A stretch of 64,000 nt of DNA from Kiritimatiellia bacterium (GTDB lineage Bacteria; Verrucomicrobiota; Kiritimatiellia; RFP12; JBMNHG01), in NCBI GenBank assembly GCA_050950285.1, contig JBMNHG010000006.1:293167-357166 (forward strand), written 5' to 3'. Under the pieces are notes generated by a model, which searched no databases, was not told where the DNA came from, and saw only the letters and a program-made list of their open reading frames with translations. Both the position numbers and the translations under genes were made by a program. The first letter of the stretch is position 1, and every line of letters starts with the position of its first letter. This document shows positions 57,077-64,000 of the stretch, piece after piece.

Positions 57077-57426
57077 TTCCCGGGATTCCGCCGGCCGAGA
57101 CAGGCCCGTAGCGCCGGGCAGTAGCTGGCGGAGTTGGCGTTGGTCCACGCGTGGGGGAAGGTCCGGCACTGCTCCGGACGCACGGGATAGATCCGGCAGC
57201 GGTTGGATTCGTCCAGCATCCCGCAGGAGCCGTCCGGACGGTCGACCAGCAAAAGCCCCTGACGGTCGGACGACAGCCGCGTCATGGTCTCGAGGAAGGC
57301 CTCCTCCGTCATTCCAAGGAAGGCCGCGATTCGCGGGATATCGTCCTCGTGCAGATGGACGATGCCGGGAACCCGGCAGCACGCCCCGCAGCGTTGGCAG
57401 GAAAAGGAAGTCAAATCGGGGGTCAT
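57028..57426 (-). CDS. YkgJ family cysteine-cluster (CxxCxxCC) protein
   Basis: MTPDLTSFSCQRCGACC...CGML..SNRCRIYPVRPEQCRTFP...YCPAL; the 3' end runs antisense into the tRNA. Confidence 0.88.
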   Translation of the reverse strand: MTPDLTSFSCQRCGACCRVPGIVHLHEDDIPRIAAFLGMTEEAFLETMTRLSSDRQGLLLVDRPDGSCGMLDESNRCRIYPVRPEQCRTFPHAWTNANSASYCPALRACLGRRNPGNGRGGGRTRNPFGTGT

Positions 57427-57428
57427 GG

Positions 57429-58154
57429 TCAACGCCCTCCACCTCCGAGAATCTCGGGGAAGGTCCGCAGGAAGATGCGCATCCACAGCCGCGGCGAGCG
57501 GGCGCAGACGGCGAGAAAATCGATCCGGCAAAGCTCCTCGAACGAAGAACGGTTGCGCGCGGTGACCTGCCACAATCCGGTGAGGCCCGGAAGCACGCGG
57601 TAGCGCATGGCCTGCCACGGCTCCTCCACGCGGGACTCGTCGGTCGGGAGGGGGCGCGGCCCCACGAAGGCCATCTCCCCCCGGAGGATGTTCACCAGCT
57701 GCGGGAGCTCGTCGAGGCTGAAGCGACGGAGGATCGCCCCTCCGCGCGTGACGCGCGGGTCGGCGGCCCGCTTGTCGAGCGGATTCGATGCGGCGGAGGG
57801 TGGCCGGGAAGGCCCGCGCATCGTGCGGAACTTGAGCAAGGCGAAGGGGCGTCCCTCGCGGCCCGTCCGCTGCTGGGCGAAGAAGAGGGGGAAGCCGTCG
57901 TCGAAAAGAACCCAGAGCGAGATTCCGGCGAAAAGGGGGAGGAGCGCCACGAGCAGGAGGAACGCGGCGAGCCGCCTTGCGATACGGATTCCCCGCGGAT
58001 CGGAGGCCGGAGGCGGGCGCAGGCGGATGTCCGCCCCGTCGCGGCGTCCGCCCGCCAGGAGGTGGCGGCAGGCTTCGGGGACGGCGGAAACGGGAAGCCG
58101 GGCTTCCTGCCTGGCCTCCAGTTTCGCAAACGCATCCCGATACAAAGTGCCCAT
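57429..58154 (-). CDS. Sugar transferase (priming glycosyl-1-phosphate transferase, Bac_transf domain)
   Basis: [53 protein letters not shown] and PGLTGLWQV motifs. Confidence 0.9.
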   Translation of the reverse strand: MGTLYRDAFAKLEARQEARLPVSAVPEACRHLLAGGRRDGADIRLRPPPASDPRGIRIARRLAAFLLLVALLPLFAGISLWVLFDDGFPLFFAQQRTGREGRPFALLKFRTMRGPSRPPSAASNPLDKRAADPRVTRGGAILRRFSLDELPQLVNILRGEMAFVGPRPLPTDESRVEEPWQAMRYRVLPGLTGLWQVTARNRSSFEELCRIDFLAVCARSPRLWMRIFLRTFPEILGGGGR

Positions 58155-58378
58155 GCGGTGCGAGCCCGCAGGTTTCACGCCAACCCAAAGCGGCCGGGAG
58201 CACGGCACCCTCCCAGGGCGGATCCGGCGGATGCCGCCATGCCCGGTCCAAGCGAAACGATCGCGCGGCCTTGCCGCGGCCGGCCGTCCGGCGTATACTG
58301 GAACTCGAACGCAAGCCGTGACCGTGCCGTGCGGCCTGTGCCGCTCCCCTCCCCTTTCCGGAATCGAACCCCTATCCC

Positions 58379-61210
58379 ATGAAGCCCACCTCCTGCTCCC
58401 CGGACGTACCGGAACGCGTCCACATCATCGCCTGCGGCGTGCTGGGCGTGGATCTGCGCGCGCTCCTTCCCGCGATTCCCGGCAAGACCTTCACGCTCGA
58501 CCTGCTTCCCGGCAAACTCCACCAGACGCCCGACGAGCTCCACCGCCGCGTGCAGGAGCGCATCGACGCCGTCGACGCCGCCGGAACCGCGGACCGCATC
58601 GCCGTCGCCTACGGCATCTGCGGGCGCGGGACGCTGGGCCTGCGGGCGCGGAACATCCGCATCGACATCCCGCGCGTGCACGACTGCATCGCCCTCTTCC
58701 TCGGCTCCGACGCCGCGTACCGCGAGCAGTTCGGCCGCTTCCCGGGCACCTACTACGTCACGGCGGGATGGGTGGACGAAGGGATGGGCGTGAAGGGGCG
58801 CATCGACGCCGTGGGATCGGATCTCGACCCGGACTTCGTGGCCGAGCACGGCCTCGAGAACGCCGAAGCCGTGAGCGAGTTCCTCGGAAGCTGGAAACGC
58901 AACTACCAGCGCGCCGCCTTCATCGACACCGGCGTGGGGAGCCGCCACCTCTGCTCCCTCGCGAAGGAACTCGCCCGCGAGAACGGCTGGATCTACGAGG
59001 AGCTGAAGGGCTCGCACGACCTCCTCCACGCCCTCCTCCTGGGCGAGCCGCACCCCGGCATCCTGCGCGTGGCCCCCGGGATGGTGACCGCGTTCGACGC
59101 CGTCTCCCGCTCCATCATGGCGAGACCCCCGAAAGAGTCCGCCGCGGACGAGCCGGACGCCGCCCCCGCCCCGGCAAAAACGGCGCGCCGCACCCACCGC
59201 GCCCCGCGCCCCGGCTACGGACTCGGCATCGACGCCGGCGGAACCTACACCGACGCCGCCATCTTCGACTGGTCGGCCGAACGCGTCGTCGCCAAGGCCA
59301 AGGCGGCCACCTCGCACTGGGACTACGCCCACGGCATCTCCCAGGCGCTGGACGCCCTCCCGCCCGACGCCCTGCGCCAGGTCTCGCTCGTCTCCGTCTC
59401 CACCACCCTCGCCACCAACGCCATCGTGGAAGGCAAAGGGCAGAAGGTGGGACTGCTCCTCATGCCGCCGCCGGGCGGCTTCGACGCCGCGGCCTTCGAC
59501 CACCGCCCCCTCCGCCCCGTCCGCGGGCGCCTCTCCATCGACGGCGCGGAACTCGAGCCGGTCGACCCCGACGAGGTCCGCCGCGCCGCGATCGAGATGG
59601 TGGAGACCCACCACGTCCGCGCCTTCGCGGTGACCGGCTACGCCAGCCACGTGAACCCCGCCCACGAGCTGGCCGTCGCCGCCGCCGTGCGCCAGGCCAC
59701 CGGCCTCATGACGACCTGCGGGCATGAGATCTCGACCCTTTGCGGCTACAACGTCCGCGCCTCCACCGCAACCCTCAACGCGCGCATCATCCCCTGCCTG
59801 CGCGACCTGCTCGAACGCTTCCGCGACGTGCTCGCGCGGCGGGGCGTGGACGCCCCCGTGATGGTGGTGCGCAGCGACGGCGCCCTGATGAACGTGGAAG
59901 TCGCCCTCGAACGCCCCGTCGAGACGCTCCTCTCCGGACCCGCCGCCAGCGTCGCCGGCGTGCGGTACCTCTCCGACGCCCCGGACGCGCTCGTCTTCGA
60001 CATGGGCGGAACCACCTCCGACACCGCCGTCCTGCGCGGCGGCGAGGTCAAGACCGACCCGGACGGCGCGTCGGTCGGCCCCTGGCGCACCCACGTGAAG
60101 GCCCTCGCGGTGCGCACGCTCGGGCTGGGCGGCGACAGCGAAATCGTGCCCGATCCCGCCTCCCGCTCGCTCCGCATCGGCCCCCGGCGCGTGCTTCCCC
60201 TCTGCCGCCTTGCCGAATCCTGCGGCGCAACGGCCGCCTCCCTCGCCTTCGACGCGCTCGACCGGCTCGACGACCGGGCCCTCAAGGACGGCACCGGGGC
60301 CGTCTACTTCCTCGTCCCCGGCGCCTCGGCCGGCGACGGCGCCCCGCCCTCCCCGCGCCAGCGCGCGGTGCTGGAGGCCCTCGCGACCGGCCCGCAGACC
60401 GTCGCGTCGCTTCTGGAAGCCACCGGCGTCCTCCGCCCCTCCTTCCTCGACCTGGAGCCGCTGGTCGATCGCATGGTCGTGCAACGCGCCGGCTTCACCC
60501 CCACCGACGCGCTTCACGTGCTCGGGCGCATGGCCGCCTGGGACGCGGAGGCCGCGCGGCGCGCCGCCGCACGCCTCGGCCGCCCCCTCGGGATGGACGC
60601 GGAGACCCTCGCCCGCGCCGTCGTGCGCGACGTCGCCCGCGCCGCCGCCCGCGAACTCCTCCTCACCCGCATCGAAGACCTCTCCCCCGCCCGCCCCGGC
60701 GCCGGCCGCGACGGGCCCGGCGCCGGCCCCGTCGGCCAGGCGCTCCTCGCGCGCGGCCTCGGCGAAATCTCCGACGGCCTCGGCGTGCGCTTCGAGCTGG
60801 GCGTCCCCGTCGTGGGCATCGGCGCCCCCGCACCCTTCTTCGTGCCGGAGGTCGCCCGCCTGCTCCACACCGAAGCCGTCATCCCGCAGGACGGCGACGT
60901 CGCCAACGCCATCGGCGCCATCACGAGCGACGTGCAAGTCTCGCGGAGTGCCGTGATCCAGCCCGACGAACTCGGAATCTACCACGTGCAGGGGCTTCCC
61001 GGCGCACCCTGGTTCAGCGACCTCCAGGACGCCGAGTCCTTCTGCATGCGCGAACTCGAGAAAAACGTCCGCGACCTCGCCGCGCGGTCGGGCGCGGTCG
61101 ACACCGAGGTCGACCTCCGGACGCACGACCGCGTGACCGTCGCCGCCGACGGCACCGGACTCTTCCTGGGCCGCACCGTCGAAGCCGTCGCTTCGGGCCG
61201 CCCCTGCTGA
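58379..61210 (+). CDS. DUF1638 domain fused to a hydantoinase/oxoprolinase-like (ASKHA) domain
   Basis: N-terminal IIACGVL...LHQTP..L...AYGICG.GT.GL...[13 protein letters not shown]...GTYYVTAGW (DUF1638); [49 protein letters not shown] and VANAIGA (hydantoinase-like). Confidence 0.85.
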   Translation: MKPTSCSPDVPERVHIIACGVLGVDLRALLPAIPGKTFTLDLLPGKLHQTPDELHRRVQERIDAVDAAGTADRIAVAYGICGRGTLGLRARNIRIDIPRVHDCIALFLGSDAAYREQFGRFPGTYYVTAGWVDEGMGVKGRIDAVGSDLDPDFVAEHGLENAEAVSEFLGSWKRNYQRAAFIDTGVGSRHLCSLAKELARENGWIYEELKGSHDLLHALLLGEPHPGILRVAPGMVTAFDAVSRSIMARPPKESAADEPDAAPAPAKTARRTHRAPRPGYGLGIDAGGTYTDAAIFDWSAERVVAKAKAATSHWDYAHGISQALDALPPDALRQVSLVSVSTTLATNAIVEGKGQKVGLLLMPPPGGFDAAAFDHRPLRPVRGRLSIDGAELEPVDPDEVRRAAIEMVETHHVRAFAVTGYASHVNPAHELAVAAAVRQATGLMTTCGHEISTLCGYNVRASTATLNARIIPCLRDLLERFRDVLARRGVDAPVMVVRSDGALMNVEVALERPVETLLSGPAASVAGVRYLSDAPDALVFDMGGTTSDTAVLRGGEVKTDPDGASVGPWRTHVKALAVRTLGLGGDSEIVPDPASRSLRIGPRRVLPLCRLAESCGATAASLAFDALDRLDDRALKDGTGAVYFLVPGASAGDGAPPSPRQRAVLEALATGPQTVASLLEATGVLRPSFLDLEPLVDRMVVQRAGFTPTDALHVLGRMAAWDAEAARRAAARLGRPLGMDAETLARAVVRDVARAAARELLLTRIEDLSPARPGAGRDGPGAGPVGQALLARGLGEISDGLGVRFELGVPVVGIGAPAPFFVPEVARLLHTEAVIPQDGDVANAIGAITSDVQVSRSAVIQPDELGIYHVQGLPGAPWFSDLQDAESFCMRELEKNVRDLAARSGAVDTEVDLRTHDRVTVAADGTGLFLGRTVEAVASGRPC

Positions 61211-61232
61211 CCCATCCCCTCCCCTCCCCGCC

Positions 61233-62336
61233 ATGTCCAACGAAAACCCAACACCCCCCCCGCAGCCGCCCCGCCCCCCGAAGCCCCCGAAGCCGTGGAC
61301 CGATCCCGTGCCCGTCGACCTGTGGAAGGACCTCTTCCGCCTCGCCGATCGCCTGTACCGGCTCGCGCCGTGGAACTGGATGGCCGACAGCGCCATCTTC
61401 GCCCTGCGCTTCCGCCCGGACGCGCCGGAGCCCCGGCTCATGGCCGTGCTGTCGCAGCCCGGCAAATTCCCCGTCCTTTCCCTGCTGCCGGGCTGGCGCT
61501 CCGCCTACCTCATCCTGCAACGGGGCGGCGACGCCCCGTTCATCGACCCCGCGAACATCCCGCAACTGAACGTGCTCTTCGGCGTGCCGCAGCTTCTCGC
61601 CCCGCTCGACCGCGCCGCCATGGAGGCCGCGGGCGTCCCCGTCCCGGAAAACGGCGCGCCGCTGTTCCGCAGCCTGCGCGACGGCCCCGCCCCCTGGTTC
61701 TTCACCCTGGAGGAGGCGCAGCTCTTCCGCGAAGCGCTCAACCAGCTGCTCGGCGTCGCCCTCCGAAGCGAGGAGGATCCCAACCTGCTCCTCCCCGGTC
61801 CGGACCAGGGCCTCTTCGCACGGACCCGCATCGACGCCAATTCCTGGACGGACGACCGCGTCGTCCCGCCGGCTCCGCCGCCCCCCACGCCGCAACCGAA
61901 GCTCGACCCCGCGAAGGCCGCCCAGGCCCGCGCCGTCACCGGCCGCATCATCGCGTCCGTGCAGGCGGACGTCCGCCCCACGCCCATCTCCCTCGAGGCG
62001 CCCGACTCCCGCCCCATCCCGGCCCAGCAGCTCCTCGTGGTCGAACCCGCCTCGAACCGCGTGCTGATCAACGCCCTCGTCGTCCCCAGCAACGGCATCG
62101 TCGAAATGTGGCACGTCCTCCCCTCCATCCTGCTGGACGGCTTCCTCAAGCTCAACAGCCTCCCGCAGGAGATCCAGGTGGCGAACCCCCGCCTGCAGCA
62201 CATCCTCCGCGGCGTCATCGACCAGCTCCCCTTCAAGCTCACCCGCGTCGATCGCGTGGAGGCCGTGGACGCGTTGGCGAAAGCGGCCTGCGACGACCTC
62301 ATCCGGCGCATCCAGCCCCGCCCCGCCCCATCCTGA
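61233..62336 (+). CDS. Conserved hypothetical protein
   Basis: 367-aa ORF with genome-typical codon bias; WKDLFRLADRLYRLAPWNWM and PLFRSLRDGPAPWFFTLEEA resemble an uncharacterised family; no function assigned. Confidence 0.7.
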   Translation: MSNENPTPPPQPPRPPKPPKPWTDPVPVDLWKDLFRLADRLYRLAPWNWMADSAIFALRFRPDAPEPRLMAVLSQPGKFPVLSLLPGWRSAYLILQRGGDAPFIDPANIPQLNVLFGVPQLLAPLDRAAMEAAGVPVPENGAPLFRSLRDGPAPWFFTLEEAQLFREALNQLLGVALRSEEDPNLLLPGPDQGLFARTRIDANSWTDDRVVPPAPPPPTPQPKLDPAKAAQARAVTGRIIASVQADVRPTPISLEAPDSRPIPAQQLLVVEPASNRVLINALVVPSNGIVEMWHVLPSILLDGFLKLNSLPQEIQVANPRLQHILRGVIDQLPFKLTRVDRVEAVDALAKAACDDLIRRIQPRPAPS

Positions 62337-62381
62337 CCCGACGATGGCGGCGCGCCGCCGCCCGGCCGCCGCAGGAGCACG

Positions 62382-62420
62382 AAAAAACGGCGCGCCGCTT
62401 TTTCCGCGGCGCGCCGTTCC
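62382..62420. terminator. Double CGGCGCGCCG palindrome hairpin between convergent genes
   Basis: AAAAAACGGCGCGCCGCTTTTTCCGCGGCGCGCCGTTCC, almost identical to 2042-2082. Confidence 0.7.
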
Positions 62421-62454
62421 GGATTGGCCAACTGGCCCCGTCTCGGCGGAAGGA

Positions 62455-64000
62455 CTATTCGTCCTCGTCCTCCTTGCGGGTCTTCTGGTACTCGGCGATG
62501 ACCTTCTGGGCAACGACCGAAGGCACCACGTCGTAGCGGGCGAACTCCATCTCGAAGGTCGCCTGGCCGCTCGTGATCGAACGCAGCTGCGCGGCGTACT
62601 GGAAGAGCTCCGCGAAGGGCACCTCGGCGGCGATCACCTGTTCGCCCTCCTGGACGTCCATGCCGAGCATGCGGCCGCGGCGCTGGTTCAAGTCGCCCGT
62701 GATGGCGCCGGTGCAGCTGTCCGGGCCCACGACCTTCACCGTCATCACCGGTTCGAGGAGCACGGGCTTGGCCGCCGCCATCGCCTCGCGGAAGGCGCGG
62801 ACGCCCGCGATCTTGAAGGCCACCTCCGAAGAGTCCACCGTGTGGAACGAGCCGTCGTAGACCTCGACGACCACGTTCTGCACGGGGCTCCCGGCGAGGC
62901 CGCCGGCGGACATCCCTTCGATGATGCCCTTCTGGATGGCGGGCATGAAGTTGCCGGGGATCGAGCCGCCCACGGTGGCGTCGATGAACCACTCCTCCTC
63001 GCCCTCCATCCTCGGACGGACGCGCAGGAAGACTTCGCCGTACTGGCCGCGGCCGCCCGACTGCTTCTTGTGCTTGTAGTGGCCTTCGCCCTTGCCCTGG
63101 ATCGTCTCGCGATAGGGGACCTTCGGGATGGAGAGGTTCACGTTCACATTGCTCTGGGACTTCATGAGCGAGACCGCCACGTCCAGGTGCACGTCGCCAA
63201 GGCCCTTGAGGAGGATCTCCTTCGTCTCGGCCTGCTTCTCGTAGTGGAGCGTGGGGTCGGCCTCGAGCAGGCGCTTGATGGCAACGGACAGCTTGTCTTC
63301 GTCGTTCTGCGTCTTCGCGGTGACGGCCACGTACATGACCGGCGGCGGGAACTCGAGGTCCGGGAGGCGGGTGTTGCAGTCCGCCGCGCAAAGGGAGTCG
63401 CCCGTGTGGGTGTCCTTCAGCTTCGAGATCGCGACGAGATCGCCCGGCCCGGCGGATTCGACGGGCACCTGCTTCTTCCCCACGATGCCCAGCAGCGCCC
63501 CGGCGGTCTCCTTCCCGCCGGTGGTGGTGTTCTGCAGGGCGGCGCCGACCTTGAGGGTGCCGGAGAAGACGCGCACGTAGCTGAGCTGGCCCACGAAGGG
63601 GTCGACCGCCGTCTTCCACACCTGCGACACGAAGGGGGCGGAGGGGTCGCACGGAACGGGATTGCCGTCGATGTCCAGGGTCTTGCGCTTGTCGGGGCCG
63701 GGGAAAAGGCGACAGAGGCTGGCCAGCACCAGGTCGACGCCCTTGTCCTTGAGCGGCATCACCGTGTAGATCGGGCGCACCGACCCCCCGGCGATACCGG
63801 CGAGCAGGCCGTCGCGGATGTCCTGGGCGGGGAGCGTCCCCTCCTCGAAGTATTTCTCCATCAGGGCCTCGTCGGTCTCGGCGGCGGATTCGGCGAGATA
63901 GGTCTTCATCTCGTCGAGCTCGGCGGAAAGCTCGGCCTGGTCGAGGATGTTCACGATGTCGCCGCCCAGCGGGGCGGTGACCGGCACGCAGTCCTTGCCG
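62455..64000 (-). CDS. fusA: Elongation factor G family protein (probably a secondary EF-G paralogue), 5'-partial
   Basis: KTAVDPFVGQLSYVRVFSG, EADPTL, GLGDVHLDV, PKVPYRETI, KHKKQSGGRGQYG, DGSFHTVDSSEVAFKIA, LLEPVM, GDLNQRRG and LRSITSG motifs. Confidence 0.9.
   Translation of the reverse strand, partial: GKDCVPVTAPLGGDIVNILDQAELSAELDEMKTYLAESAAETDEALMEKYFEEGTLPAQDIRDGLLAGIAGGSVRPIYTVMPLKDKGVDLVLASLCRLFPGPDKRKTLDIDGNPVPCDPSAPFVSQVWKTAVDPFVGQLSYVRVFSGTLKVGAALQNTTTGGKETAGALLGIVGKKQVPVESAGPGDLVAISKLKDTHTGDSLCAADCNTRLPDLEFPPPVMYVAVTAKTQNDEDKLSVAIKRLLEADPTLHYEKQAETKEILLKGLGDVHLDVAVSLMKSQSNVNVNLSIPKVPYRETIQGKGEGHYKHKKQSGGRGQYGEVFLRVRPRMEGEEEWFIDATVGGSIPGNFMPAIQKGIIEGMSAGGLAGSPVQNVVVEVYDGSFHTVDSSEVAFKIAGVRAFREAMAAAKPVLLEPVMTVKVVGPDSCTGAITGDLNQRRGRMLGMDVQEGEQVIAAEVPFAELFQYAAQLRSITSGQATFEMEFARYDVVPSVVAQKVIAEYQKTRKEDEDE

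Overview
GC-rich (roughly 70% by eye) bacterial window. The gene repertoire (large secreted beta-helix and beta-propeller proteins, Bat/VWA genes, IorAB, lone GspE-type ATPase) suggests an anaerobic PVC-superphylum organism such as Kiritimatiellia; this is inference. Housekeeping and envelope genes include gap, rfbD-rfbB, iorBA, a CNNM/CBS protein, an amidase, wzm/wzt, uppS-cdsA, aspC, tRNA-Leu(TAG) and a partial EF-G paralogue. Between them lie two minus-strand blocks of very large secreted proteins (2.1-11.6 kb and 26-40 kb). Main observations: (1) two unrelated multidomain secreted proteins end in the same short tail, P-x-G-[L/T]-4 hydrophobic residues-R-stop, a candidate lineage-specific C-terminal sorting signal; (2) three divergent paralogues of an uncharacterised FlgD-Ig / beta-propeller / CBM9-like family share a conserved E-x-F motif, and each lies next to a tail-bearing gene; (3) three copies of a ~154-bp TA-flanked MITE with an internal REP-like double hairpin, two of which bracket a lower-GC cargo gene; (4) a dispersed [22 protein letters not shown] palindrome at gene ends; (5) frameshifts, one in a G7 tract and six in an antiporter, the latter with the signature of a strain-mixture assembly artefact. 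No CRISPR array, rRNA or intact transposase was seen.
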